Shown piece by piece: positions 1 through 13,052 of a stretch of 64,000 bases of DNA. Source of the DNA: Felis catus (lineage: Eukaryota); contig NC_058369.1 in assembly GCF_018350175.1 (NCBI RefSeq), positions 11,224,001 to 11,288,000 of the forward strand, read 5' to 3'. The position numbers and the translations under genes were made by a program. Under the pieces are notes generated by a model. It was not told the origin of the DNA and ran no database searches. It saw only the letters and a program-made list of their open reading frames with translations. How positions within the stretch are numbered: the stretch's first letter is position 1; each line of letters begins with the position of its first letter.

Positions 1-249
1 GGTTCCCACAGCCTGCTGTACCCCCATTTCACCACTGGCCATCCTAAACTGTCTACAGACTGTCTGGATCCCCCATGAGAGCTCCAAGCAGACAGCTCAC
101 CATCATAAAATAAAACAACAGAATGTCACCAAATAATAAAGTTAGACCACTATTAACATTGTAACACTAAATATAATTCATCAACTTAATTAATTGATTA
201 ATTAACAGTTACCCCAGCCTATGATGAGTAATAGTTTCCTCCTTATCAT

Positions 250-444
250 TTTTTTTTTGAGAGAGACAGAGAAAGAGAGGAAGCAGGGGAGGGTCAGGGA
301 GAGAGGGAGAGAGAGAATCCCAAGTAGGCTCCATGCTGTCAGTGCAGAGCCCAATGCAGGGCTTGGACTCACGAACCATGAGATCATGACCTGAGATGAA
401 GCCAAGACTCAGATGCTTAACCAACTGAGCCACACAGGCACCCC
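250..444 (-). mobile_element. Can-SINE (SINEC)
   Basis: tRNA-derived head, (CT)n tract and A tail on the minus strand; TSD tcctcctta(t/c)cat. Confidence 0.9.
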
Positions 445-1226
445 TCCTCCTTACCATCTTCATTCACAAAGATTTCTTGAACTCCCCCTCTTGGGCCCCT
501 GCCCCAAGTCTTGTATTAGATGTTTTCATACTATAGTCTTAATGAGGGAGGTGGTATTACTCCAGCTTATACCTGCAGGGTTAGGGAACATGATGAGTGT
601 CGATTCTGACAATGCCAGGCATTTGTTCCCAATTCACAGACCTTTATTGAATGTTTCCCTGGGCCATACTGATTGCTGAGTGAAAACTGTATGTGTGGCT
701 CACACTTTTTCAGCCTTTCCTCTGCAGACATCACATCGGCATTATAAGAACAATATGAATGCCCCGGAGAAGTGGAGGGAGCCCTTGAAGTTAGGATCTG
801 ACCTGGTCCAGGGAGGGTTCAGAGATGGCTTCCTACAGAAGTTTCATTTTACCTGACAATCAATTGACCTTTTAACAACAAAAAGTAGTGGTTATCACTC
901 CCCAGCTCAGAATCCCTCAATGGCTACTCATTGTCTATGAGACCTATGAGTTGGTCTCCCCACAATCCAACAAAATCCAGACTCCCCAGAGTGAATTCAA
1001 GCCCATTCATTATCCGTCCCTTCCTGGACTCACCATTCTCACCACCACCAGCCCTTACATTTGATTCTCCAACCACATGGGAGCACATGGTACCTTGAAA
1101 ACACCAAGTCCTCTCCTCCACCTCTGCTGTTGTCTATACTGGGTCCCATCTGCCCACCTTAGAAAGCATTACTCATCCCTCAGGTCTTGGATGAAATGCC
1201 AGTCCCTCTGGAAAGCCAAACTGAAA

Positions 1227-1424
1227 CTTTATTTTCTTTATTTATTTTGAGAAAGAGAGAGAGCACGGGAGGGGCAGAGAGAGAGGGAGGCAGAATCCCA
1301 AGCCGGCTCTGTGCTGTCAGCATGGAACCCAGTGCAGGGCTTGAACTCACAAACTGCGAGATCATGACCTGAGCCGAAATCAAGAGTCAGACGCTTAACC
1401 GACCGAGCCCCCCAGGAGCCCCCC
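1227..1424 (-). mobile_element. Can-SINE (SINEC)
   Basis: Typical body and tail on the minus strand. Confidence 0.9.
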
Positions 1425-1892
1425 AGACAGGCTTCTCTTCATGGAGTCTCTACACCAGGTTGTCTTTCTCTGGATAACTAATTGGTGGGTAACTCTGATT
1501 AATACAATTAATTTAACCAGTTGATTCATTAACTCACGGTTGCTAAAGCCCAGAGTGACACATTCTTCTTTTGCATACTGACACTGTGTAAATATATGTC
1601 TCACCAGAGACGCGAGAACCGTCTGAGGTCTTGTCATTGGTGTAGTGAGGAGGAACGGAGAAGGGACTGTCTCTGCCACTCTTCATTTCAGGAGACAATT
1701 GGACATCCCAAAGCATTCATCCATCTCACTCTGCCTTCTTGTGTACCTACTATGGCTCTGACTGACATATTCAAACATGGCCCTACCCCCAGGTACTGGC
1801 TCCATCTGCTACCACGGAGCACTTCAGGAAATATCCTTTTCTATCCCAGCCACATGGAGCTGGATCCTCCTAAGGACTCTCTCTGCAACACT

Positions 1893-2119
1893 CAGTGATG
1901 TGCTGCAACAAGCTCTTCCCAGCTCCACATTCTGTGACGCCATGTCGGTAACTTGAGATCATCCACCATGGGAATATTTACACCATGGAAATTTGTGGCA
2001 AACACTTTAAATCAAGACTTTTTTTTTTTTTTTTTTTGCTTTGTGTTGTTTGTTGGTTGGCTGGCTTGCTTGTTTGTTTAGAGCAAGCCGGTTGTTAAAC
2101 ATTTTTCAGCACACCATTG
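1893..2119. mobile_element. hAT-type non-autonomous DNA transposon (MER63-like)
   Basis: Terminal inverted repeats cagtgatgtgctg ... cagcacaccattg; internal gccggttgttaaacattt. Confidence 0.65.
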
Positions 2120-3508
2120 CCAATATCCACATTCTCCATTCTTTCCCTTAATACCCAGTCTTCTTAGCTGGCCAGACTCTGTGAGAGAATGAGATTTCAA
2201 GAAGGAAAAAAGGTGACAAAAGTATAGTTCAGCCACAATGTTTGGTCTGGGATGAGGATTGGATGTTGAGTCCTGTTTGATTAGGTCTGTCTCTAGCTGG
2301 CTTTTATTTCTCTTCCAGTGAACAGTATGTGCTTTTGACCGCATCACAGAACAAGGTGATGGTCAGGTCACCTCTTCAGATGATTCCACGTACTCCCAGG
2401 TGTATTGTCCTGTCCCCTTTCAGAATGGCCAAACCTTACCTGGGTCATTGTGAAGAAACATGGGAAAGGTTGCTTCCCTACATGCTTTACATACACAGTC
2501 CCCAAGCCTTATCCCTACACAGAAAGGTCACGATTGGGACATATTCTGTAATGAATATTTATTACGGTGTCAGGGATAAGGTACTTTGCAAGATCTGTGG
2601 ATGCTATTGGTGACAATGAAGATGAGATTACAATCTTCACAAAGACAAAGACTATATGAGTTTCCCTTGCCAATGTTGACCCAGCATCAGACACAATACC
2701 CAGTAAATATTTGTTGAATAAATTAAATGAAGAAGGAGGAGAAGTAGGAAGATGAAGGAGGGGTGATGGAAAAGAAGAAAACATAGCATCCAACATAGTG
2801 CCAAGAAGGAACATTGCTGGGTTTTTTATATGCAGGCTGTCTCTCTGAATCTCACAGCAACTCTAGAAGGTAGGTCTTCATTTCTTACAAGAGAAAGCTG
2901 AAGCTTAGTGGAAATATCCTATATTGCTGATGATGCAGGGATTCAGGCACTCTCTTTCGTATATTATTTGAGATTGAAAATGTAATGCTAAAGACTTTTG
3001 AGAATTCAAGATAGCAGCCAAAATTTAGCAAGATCTTCATTGCCTTATGCCTTTAAACCAATAATTCCGTTTCTAGAAACTTCTTCTCCAGAAAAGCCTC
3101 AATCTTGTGCCTGAAGAGGGATGTACAGGTCGCTCATGGAAAATAGTAAGGTTATTTGCCTTGGCAAAAAAAGTGGAAATACTTGAATGTCCAATCAGCA
3201 GGGGAATGACTTAAAAATTACTATCCATCTATTCTATGGGATATTGTGCAATTTATAAAACCAGTGATACAAGACATATACTGGAATGGCTAAGACAAAA
3301 AAGAAATGGAAAATACCAAGTGTTGGCTTGGATTTCGAGCCTTTAGGGACTGTTGGTGGTAGGCTAACAGTGGTACAACCCATTGGAAATGGTTTGGCAA
3401 TGGCTACTGAAGCTATATACATATACATTGTCTGATACCCAGCACTTTCACGGATAAGTGTGTACCCAATAGAAATGTGTACATGTGTTCATTAAAAGGC
3501 TTATATTA

Positions 3509-3703
3509 GGGGCACCTAGGTGGCTCAGTCAAACATCCAATTTCAGTTCAGGTGTAGTTCAGCTCACAGTTCGTAAGTTCAAGCCCTGTGTCAAGGCCTG
3601 CATCGGGCTCTCTGCTGTCAGGGCAGAGCCGGCTTCAGATACTCTGTCCCCTTCTCTTTGCCCCTTCTCCTCCCCCATCTCAAAAATGAATAAACATTTT
3701 CTA
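3509..3703 (+). mobile_element. Can-SINE inside an old L1 remnant
   Basis: ggggcacctaggtggctcagtc head, CT tract and A tail; flanks resemble ancient L1 3' sequence. Confidence 0.88.
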
Positions 3704-3844
3704 AAGGCATATACAGTACTAGATGTCTATAGCTCCATGGCTCGTAATCTCCCAGGAAAAAACTAGGAACTATCCAAATGTCCATTACTAACAAATTGGA
3801 TAAACTGTGATATATTCACAAAGGGGAATATTATAAAGCGTGCA

Positions 3845-4097
3845 TCCTCGATAGGAGCAATATTTGACCTCCACAGGGGAAAAATTGACTCTGGGGAAGT
3901 AAAATATATATATACAGATATACATACCATATATAGATATAAACAGAGATAGGTAGATATATGACAGATCCGTAGATAGATATAGATATACGGTATGTCG
4001 GAAGTATTAAACTTCATGGAGGGGCAATTAAGTAAAGTATCTAAAATGGCTTCTTGTGAGGAGAAAATAATGGAAAAAAATAATTGAAAAATACTAT
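3845..4097. mobile_element. MER3-like hAT-Charlie DNA transposon remnant
   Basis: Resembles the recalled MER3 consensus (aaaattgact ctggggaag ... gaaaaaaataattgaaaaatact). Confidence 0.5.
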
Positions 4098-4237
4098 TAT
4101 AAAGCAATAAGATTGAGGACCTGCAGACATATGCAAAGGAAGATTGAACCTCACAAACATAATGTTGGAGTGAATGAAACCAGATACAAAAGAGAGCACA
4201 CTGATGTGTGATTCCATTTATATAAAGTACCAAAAGC

Positions 4238-4655
4238 AGGGGAGCCTGAGTGGCTCAGTCTGTTAAGCATTTGGCTCTTGATTTTAACTCAGGTCGTGAT
4301 CTCATGGTTCGTAGGATCGAGCCCTTCACAGTTGGGCTCCGTGCTGACAGTGCAGAGTCTGCTTGGGGTTCTCTCTCTCTCTCTAGCCCTCCCCCCATCT
4401 CCCTCTCTCTCAAAATAAATAAATAAGGGGCATCTGGGTGGCTCAGTCAGTTAAGCGTCCAACTTCGGCTCAGGTCATGATCTCATGCTTTGTGGGCTTG
4501 AGCCCCGTGTCAGGCTCTGTGCAGACAGCTCAGAGCCTGGAACCTGCTTCAGATTCTGTCTCCCTCTCTCTCCGCCCCTCCCCTGCTCACACTCTCTCTC
4601 TCACCCTCAAAAAATAAATAAACATTAAAATAAATAAATAAACAAAAAAATAAAA
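4238..4655 (+). mobile_element. Two tandem Can-SINEs (4238-4425 and 4427-4655)
   Basis: The second head begins directly in the A tail of the first. Confidence 0.9.
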
Positions 4656-5184
4656 CTTTTTTTTAAAGTATCAAAAGCAGGAAAAGTTCATCTGTACTGT
4701 TCTATATCAAGAGAGTGTTTGGGGAAGTCAAGGGCAGGGTAGTGACAAGAAAGGAAGCAGGAGAGGGAATCCAGGGGTAGGAGGCTGTTCACGTTCTTTC
4801 CTTGATCAAGTCCTGGTTGCATGGACTTGGTATGTTCAATGTGTGAAAATTCATTGCACATTCATGATTTATGCTCTTTTCTGCACGTAGGTTATTCTTC
4901 AACTAAAAAAAAATTTTTTTTAAGAAAACCAAAGATGAGTTTGTTCCACACAGAGCGACATGGAAAGATGACCCAGACGTAAATTGTGTGATGAGCCAGT
5001 GAACAAAGCAAGTAACAGAACGATTTGGTGGAATGAGCCAACAGATATATATCACAAACAGCTATAAATATGTAAGTCAGTGCAGAAATGGGGACCTGGA
5101 GAAAAATTGCCCAGTTTGGTGCCTGGGTTATCTTGAAACAAAAGGAATAATTGGGGGGATGAGAAGGTTTACGTTTCTTTTTTT

Positions 5185-6725
5185 TTTTTTAACTTTGCTA
5201 TTGTGGTAAGATACACATAACATAAAATTTACCATTTTATCCATTTTAAGTATACAGTTCAATGGCATTACGTACATTCACACAACCATCCATCTCCAGA
5301 AACTTTCCGTCTTGCAGAACTAAAACTCTGTCCTCATTAAACATTAACCCCCCCATCCCCTGGTGCCCACCATTCGACTTTCTCTCTCTGTGAATTTGGC
5401 TACCCTTGGGACTTCATATAAATGGAATCATACAGTATTTGTCCTTTTTTGTCTGGTTTATTTCTCTTCGGATAATGCCCTTGAGTTTCGCCTATGTTGT
5501 AGCCAGTGTCAGAATGTCCTTCCTTCTTAAGGCTGAGCAATATTACATCACACGGATACACATATTTTGTCTTATCCATTCATCCATTTCTGGACATTTG
5601 AGTTGTTTCATCTTTTGGCTATTTCAAATAGTGCTGCTCTGACACTGGTCTACACATATCTTTTTGAAACACTGGTTTCAGTTATTTTGTGTGCATACCC
5701 AGTAGTGGAATTGCTGGATCAAGTGATAATTCTATGTTTACTTTTTTGAGGAACAACCATACTGTTTCCCACAGTGGTTGCAGCATTTTATAAGAATGTT
5801 CTGGTCTTGTGGAGTACGTGTCAGTGTGGTTTGAATATTCTACTTCTAGATATAAGCCTAAGAGAAATAAAAACATACATCCACACAAAGATGTGTGTAC
5901 ATACTAGTGTTTATAGCAACATCACTTTTTTATTTTTTTAATATAATTTATTGACAAACTGCTTCCATACAACACCCAGAGCTCATCCCAACAAGTGCCC
6001 TCCTCAATGCCCATCACCCACTTTCCCCTCTCCCCCACCCCCCATCAACCCTCAGTTTGTTCTCAGTATCCAAGAGTCTCTTATGATTTGCCTCCCTCCC
6101 TCTCTGTGACTTTTTTCCCCCTTCCCCTCCCCCATGGTCTTCTGTTAAGTTTCTCAAGATCCATCTATGAGTGAAAACATATGGTATCTGTCTTTCTCTG
6201 ACTGACTTATTTCACTTAGCATAATACCCTCCAGCTCCATCCATGTTGCTGCAAATAGCAACATCATTTATAACAGCCAAAAGGTGGAAACAACCCAAAT
6301 ATCCATTATGGATGGATAGATAAACACAATGGGGTATAGCCATGGAATGGAATATTATTCAGCCATAGAAAGGAATGAAATACTGATACAGGCTACAACA
6401 TGAATGAATGTTGAAGACATCATGCTAAATGAAAGAAACCAAACGCACAAAAAAACCACAAATTCCACTCACGAATGTCTAGAACAAGGAGATCTATAGA
6501 GTCAGAAAATAGATCAGTGGTTGCCTAGGGTTGGGAGGTATGAGTGGAGGGAAGACTGGGGGCAATAACTAAAGGGCACAGGTTCTTTCTGAGGTGATGA
6601 AAATGTTCTCAAATTGGCTGTGGTGATGGTTGCACAACACTGAAAATTGTTTTAAAAAATTGTATTATACACTTTCAGTGGATGGATTGCTTAGTACGTG
6701 AATTACATCTCTTTAACTCTGCTAG
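5185..6725. mobile_element. Composite L1 block: old L1 (-) ~5185-5790, old L1 (+) ~5840-6720, interrupted by a younger carnivore L1 3' end (-) ~5925-6255
   Basis: L1 3' ORF2/UTR motifs; the younger insert is flanked by TSD atagcaacatca. Confidence 0.85.
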
Positions 6726-7139
6726 CATAACATAAAATAAAATGAAGTGAAATAAAGGCTGAAAAAGAATCAAGGAGCAAGGTTGTGAGGAAGAGAAGAC
6801 AGCAGCTGGGTCTGCTGATGCAGATGAACCAGACCCTCTGGGGCTGGACCCTCGTGGGTTTGAAGGCCAACTGTGTCAATTTCTGGTTGGGTGACCTGGG
6901 GCAGTCATTTCACTTCTGTGAGTCAATTTCTGTTGGGAGCAACAGTACTGATCTCTTGGGGCAGTTAACACTTGATGAAACAAGAAACAAGTGAAATTGG
7001 TATCATCTGCCCAGTTGAATGTGGACGGGATGGATTGATGGGAGCCTGATGAGCTGGACCCAGGGGTTGCTTTGTGGGTGGGCTGGTGTAAAAGCCCTGG
7101 CCGATTTTAATTCACTGCCTCAGCCTCCTTAGCGAGGGG

Positions 7140-7450
7140 GGTGTTGGTTAAGCTTCGTCATGACTCATGCCAGGGCGTTAGGTTCCATCTCGTCACCAAG
7201 GCTGTGCCAAGGGTGTGTCCCTCCCACCATGAGGTTTCTTGAGTGACAGAAAACTCACTTGCAATAAAGGGCCAGATGGCTGTGCTGCCCAATTTATACA
7301 CAGGCCTCACAGGAGAAACACTGTCAGCTCCTTCTCCAAGGGCAGCACGTGGACCTGACCCCTCCTCGGTACTTAGCCCTGTTGGCAGTTAGCAGAGCAC
7401 CAAGACTTGGCCCGGCTTTAAGGAGCAGCCATTTCTAGAGTCAGTAAGTA
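7140..7450 (+). promoter_or_regulatory. Probable CASP14 promoter and non-coding first exon region
   Basis: Repeat-free stretch with a palindromic AP-1 site ATGACTCAT (7160-7168), an AT-rich TTTATA (~7293) and a strong donor TCA|GTAAGT at 7444-7449. The ATG-containing exon starts at an acceptor, so an upstream exon is required. The TSS cannot be placed from sequence. Confidence 0.5.
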
Positions 7451-7476
7451 ATTTAGCAGATATTGGTTCTCTCTAC

Positions 7477-7560
7477 CCTCTCCTCTCCTCTCCTCTCCTC
7501 TCCTCTTCTCTCCTCTCCTCTTCTCTCTTCTCTCTCTTTCTTTTATTCTCTCCCTCTTCC
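7477..7560. repeat. (CCTCT)n polypyrimidine tract
   Basis: Direct reading. Confidence 0.9.
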
Positions 7561-8110
7561 TGCATGAATGGATGCTCTGGCAGTTTTGGGAGAACTGAAG
7601 AAACTTGCATCCATCCATCCATCCATCATCCTTTCATTGTGTGTTTGTTTATTATTTGTTTACTCAACAAATTTCCTTGGGCACCACCTCTGTGCCCATT
7701 CCCGCACTGCCTACCCTGATGGAGACAGAGATAAGGAAATTCGGTTTTCGACGCTACAAGCTGAGCTGCCTGTTCAGCCACCAGAAGAAGAATCAAAAGC
7801 ACTGCTGTCACACAAGTATAAACATGCAGTGCTACAGGAGTCTGGAGAAGGGAGAGGCAGCTTCCACTGGGTTAACAGGGATGGTAAAACCTTCCTTGTT
7901 GGGCCATTGCTATAAGGCATCTAGTGCTGTTCCAAGGTCCTTCTCAGATGGGAAAACCAAGTCTCAGAGAGGAGAATAAGATGCTCGGGGTCACACAACT
8001 GGGAAGGGACAGGGGCAAGATTAATTCTGGTTTATCTGGCTCCAGAGTCCATGCTTTTTTCACTTTTCCTCTCACAGTATTTGGTTCCTCTTCCCTCACA
8101 GCACTGGCTC

Positions 8111-8112
<2 letters not shown>

Positions 8113-8149
<37 letters not shown>
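8113..8149. repeat. (GT)n microsatellite
   Basis: Direct reading. Confidence 0.95.
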
Positions 8150-8150
<1 letters not shown>

Positions 8151-8197
8151 ACTCATGCGCAGGTGTGTGTAAGAGAGAACAAGAGAGATCTTTTCTA

Positions 8198-8300
8198 AGA
8201 TTTTATTTTAAGTAATCTCCATACCAAACATGCAGCTCGAACTCACAACTCCAAGATCAAGAGATGCATGCTCCACCAACTGAGCCAGCCAGTAGCCCTG
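8198..8300 (-). mobile_element. Short Can-SINE variant
   Basis: gctcgaactcacaactccaagatcaagag...ccaactgagccagcca head on the minus strand. Confidence 0.75.
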
Positions 8301-9232
8301 AGAGCAAGAGGGGTTTAATATTCATCTCTGTCATAGACCAGAGCTACATGAGGGTAGGGAGCGTGTCCATATTATACAGTTTATTCCCAGTGACTGGCAT
8401 ATAATAGGCACCCAGAAACAATTTACTGGATAGATAGATATGTGGGTAGGTTAGTGGATGGATGGATGGATGGATGGATGGATGAGTGCATGGTGGGGGG
8501 AAGTCATAGCAGATGTGATTCATCCAAATTGGCAGAGAAGGGTCTTGACTAGTAAAGACACATTCCAAGCTGAAGAGGAAGTGTAAGAAAAGGCAAGGAG
8601 GTGAGAAAACACCAAGAATATGGCAAGAGTCAGATTCTCTCCAGCCAGAAAGTAAAACAGAACTCAGACATGAGAACAAAGATGTTCAGGCTCAAGGCAG
8701 AGGGAGGAAGGTGGATTGATCTGTTTGGATTAGAAACACACTGGGACAGTTTCAAAGCAGTCTTCCCCCACTTTGATGACATTGTCATTTTAAACCCAAT
8801 CCCAAAGCGTCTCCTTGTTGATGTATCCCCAGCCTATCAGTTCCTGGGCAGCATAGGGGAGTACATGGGGCCACTTTCCCCCTCATCAGTCCAGGGCCTT
8901 CAGAGGGAAGTCCAGTCTGTCACCAGCTGGCGAGGGTCTTGAGGGAGGGATAGGGAAAATTCCAGGGGGATGGATGGCATCTCAGTGTGGGCTTAGCTGG
9001 AGTGTCGTCACACTAGAGAAGACACACTTCACTACTCTCGTCTCTTGCCCGGCTCTGGCCATGAACCAAGTCCCCCCGCACCGGGTTTCTATTCAGTCAC
9101 AAAAATCCAGATCACAAACTAGTCTGTTCCCTGAGCCCCTCTGGCTTCCCTTGGAGACCTTCACACTATCTTCTCTTAACCCCCCAGGATCAGCCAAGAG
9201 TGCAGAGAGCCGGACTCAGGATCAGAGGAAAC

Positions 9233-11119
9233 ATGAGCAACCCTCAGCCTTTGGAGGAGGTGGGTTGGGTGCAGTTTTGGGGAGAGGGGTGGGAGCATCT
9301 GGAGAGAGGGAAGGTAAGGAGCTTAATGCTTCAGAGATATCGGAGAGGGTGAAAAATCATGATATGGATTCAGAGCTGGAAGATGCTTTGTGATCATTCA
9401 GATGAAGGGGGGGTGGGAAACAGAGATAGAAACCAGCTTGGGGTGGAGGGACCTTGCTTTACCTCTCTCAGCCATCAGATTCTTAACACTATGGTTGATA
9501 GTGAAGATAAGAAAAGAAATTTTGACCCCAATAGCCTTCTTCTTCAGACAGGACAAGGTAGGATCTCAGTATTACCTTCAGAAATTTTGAGACCTCTTCA
9601 AATGAGAGAGTGATGCTCAGAACACTCTTAGGAAGGACGGAGAGAGAGACGAAACCACCAGTGTGACAGCTGGAAGGGACCTTCACAATCTCTTATGAGC
9701 ACACTCATTGTCTGTGTTTGGAAATTGAGGCTCAGATAGGAGCAATGACTTGACCAAGTCCACAGAGAGTTAAAACAGAGCCAGATCCCAGGTTAAGGTG
9801 CTAGACTTGGCAAATAAAAATAAAGGATACCCACTCAAATTTGAACTTCACTCTGACAACAAATAATCTTATAGTATATAAGTATATCCTATGCAGTATT
9901 TGGGACATACTTATATTTTTTTAAAAACTTGATTTTTTAATGTTTATTTATTTTTGAGACAGAGACAGAACAAGAGTGGGGGAGGGGCAGAGAGAGAGGG
10001 AGGGGATCTGAAGCAGCATCCAGGCTCCAAGCTGTCAGCACAAAGCTCAACACAAGGCCCGAACTCAGGAACCATGAGACCATGACCTGAGCCAAAGTCG
10101 GCCACCTAAACAAAGTGAGCCACTCAGGCGCCCCACAAACTTATTTTTTTATCTGAAATTTGAGTGTTACTGGGCATCCTGTATTTTACCCAGCAACCCA
10201 AACCCCAGACCTCTTTGGACCACATCTTCTGCTTCTCGTTCACCTCCCTACCCTTTTGATGATCTTTGCCAACTCTTGGCCCAGGAGGTATACGACATGT
10301 CAGGCGCCCGCTTAGCCCTGACACTGTGCGTCACCAAAGCCCGGAAAGGTTCGGAGGCAGACCTGGACGCCCTGGAACGCATGTTCCAGCAGCTGGGATT
10401 TGAGAGCACCATGAAGAGAAACCCCACCGCCCAGGTATTGGGCCCCAGGCCAGTGAGCGAGGGGGGCTGGGCCAGAAGGTGGGCTCTGGGGCCACACCTG
10501 AGTCTGGCCATTCCTCTTGTTCCAGCAATTCCAGGAAGAGCTGGAAAATTTTCAGCAGGCCATGGACGCCCGGGATGACTTCATCAGCTGTGCGTTTGTG
10601 GTGCTCATGGCACATGGGCTGGAAGGTCGCCTCAAAGGAGAGGATGAGAAGATGGTTGAGCTGGAAAACCTTTTCGAGGTTCTGAACAACAAGAATTGCC
10701 GGGCCCTGAGAGCCAAGCCGAAGGTGTACATCGTGCAGGCCTGTCGAGGAGGTGGGGACAAAGCCAAGAACACAGAATCCAGCCCAACCCCAGATCCACA
10801 GCCCCAGCTAAGCCTTGGGTTGCCAGTCCGTCTTACGATCTCCTTTCCCCCTCTGTCTCTGACTTTGCCTCTTCCTCTTCTTGGTGTTTCAGAACACAGG
10901 GACCCCGGTGAAACAGTAAGTGGAGACGATATCGTGATGGTCGCCAAGGACAGTCCCCAAACCATCCCAACGTACACGGACACCCTCCACATCTACTCCA
11001 CTGTGGAGGGTATGAGTCCCCAGCGGGCACAGGGTGGTCTCCCACTGTTCCTCACCCACCACTCCTGAGATGTTCCTCCAGGACCCACCCTTTCCCAGGG
11101 CCTCTTGCACCACACACAC

Positions 11120-11159
<40 letters not shown>

Positions 11160-11913
11160 TCCATCTCCCATCGGACCGCTCCGAGCCCTCTTCTCTGGAA
11201 TCCTTAGGGTACATCGCATACAGACATGACAAAGAGGGCTCCTGCTTCATCCAGACTCTGGTTGACGTGTTCACAGAGAGGAAAGGACCCATCCTGGAGC
11301 TTCTGACAGAGGTGAGTTGGGACAAGGTATCTGGAACCCTCACCCAGCCTGAGCAGGGAGGCTGAGCCTCTTCCAAACCTTACTGTGCTTTCACCCTCTC
11401 CTACCCCTAGCCCCAAATCCAACCTATGCCCCAACACAGAAAATAGGATACCAATATCCTAGCACCAAGTTTCCTTAATGCAGGAAATTCCAAAGCCCAT
11501 GGTAGGTGAGATAATTTAGATGAAATACAGGTGAATTTCTGTAAATAAAACCCGTAAGTTGAACCGTTGATTGAGAAAACTTTTTTTTTCTTCTAATGTG
11601 TTTTGATGGTGGATTAGGAAAAAAAAACATAACAAGAATGTCCAACCAATGATTCCCTAGAGATTATGGTATAGGGTGAGACAATAAAGGTCTCCCATTT
11701 TAGGACGTGGAAACCCACCTACCTTGTTCTCTAACCTTCTCCTCATAAGCCCACTACATCAATTTCCCCAGGGACCCAGCCCCAAGCTGACCACATCTCT
11801 TGCTTCAGGTGACCCGGCGGATGGCAGAGGCAGAGCTGATTCAGGAAGGAAAAGCAAGGAAAGTGAATCCCGAGATCCAAAGCACCCTTCGGAAACGGCT
11901 CTATCTGCAATAG
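9233..11913 (+). CDS. CASP14: Caspase-14 (spliced CDS, 242 aa). Coding exons 9233-9259, 10285-10434, 10526-10751, 10893-11009, 11208-11311, 11809-11913
   Basis: Joined exons total 729 nt with GT-AG introns and compatible phases: MSNPQPLEE|EVYDMSGARLALTLCVTK...|QFQEELE...MAHG...QACRG|EHRDPGETV...|GYIAYRHD...|VTRRMAEAEL...LRKRLYLQ*. Catalytic His89 (MAHG) and Cys132 (QACRG) are present and there is no long prodomain. The acceptor of the ATG exon is at 9186-9187. Confidence 0.97.
9795..10200. mobile_element. MER53-like palindromic MITE interrupted by a Can-SINE (-) at ~9933-10134, in a CASP14 intron
   Basis: Arms gcaaataaaaataaaggatacccactcaaatttgaa ... atctgaaatttgagtgttactgggcatcctgtatttta with a SINE between them. 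Confidence 0.75.
11107..11158. repeat. (CA)n microsatellite in a CASP14 intron
   Basis: Direct reading. Confidence 0.95.
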
Positions 11914-12851
11914 AAATACAAGGGGCAAGGAGGGGCTGTCTTTCAAGTGCTCTCTCTGCCCCACAGATATTTAGAGGCAGCTCTTACCCCATCCCTAAAA
12001 TCTTTTCTTCTCAAGGCCAAGTGGCACCCAGCCCCCTCTTTCATCACACCCCTCAAACAGATCCTCCTTCCATCTGTCCCTGTCCTTCTTAAAGCAAGCC
12101 AGCTAAAACACAGTACAAGGGCACAGCAATAATATCACCTTCTTCAGGCTGGAATCTCTATCTCTATTAATGCAACCTAAGAGTACATTCAATTCTCCTA
12201 GTTTCTGCTCCTATCTTCAACTGAAACCCTTTCTTTCTCCTATTGATTACACCTAGACAAATGTTACCAGATAAAGCTCAAGATACTCTACTGATAAACC
12301 AATGTCCACTCGCCCCCTCCCATCCCAATCAAACTTCCACTGGCTCCTGAATCTCACTTGGAATGATAACCTCCTCTTAAGAACTATATCCATTTCCATC
12401 TCCCAGAGATTCCCTCCCTACCCCTGGAAATTCAGTAAGGCAAGAATCATTCTCTTTCCAAGACTCCTCTTCCTTAGCAAAATGGTGCCTTGACATGATT
12501 CTCCTTTTAGCTTATGGGCTCTCTTTGGCTAATAGAGCAGTTTCACTTTTTCTGAGTCTCTCCCTACTAACTAATGCCTCCAAAGGCCCTGGACTCAGCC
12601 TTCTCTCCAAGAAAATCCATCCATGTATTCATTCTCAAGGCTTCATTTTTAACCAGTCTGAATCAGAGAATGTTGGAGCTATGTCAAATCCTCTAAAGTC
12701 ACCCTACTTTTTGGACAGTAAGATAGAGACCCAGAGAGGTTAAAAGGCTTGTCAAATGCCACACAGGTAGTCAGTAGGGGGGTCAAGGTCTGGCTTCCAG
12801 CCCAGCCCCCTTGCCACTGCCTGCTAAGTCTTGAATCATCAAAACACTTTT

Positions 12852-13052
12852 CTTAATTTTTTTAATGTTTATTTAATTTTGAGAGGGGGGGACAGGGGAG
12901 GGGCAGAGAGAGAGGAAGACACAGAATTTGAAGCAGGCTCCAGGCTCTGACCTGCAGCACAGAGCCTGATGCAGGGCTCAAACTCACAAACCATGAGATC
13001 ACGACCTGAGCCAAAGTCAGATGTTCAACCGACTGAGCCACCCAGGTGCCCC
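12852..13052 (-). mobile_element. Can-SINE
   Basis: Typical structure; TSD similar to aaaaca(c)ttttct. Confidence 0.9.
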
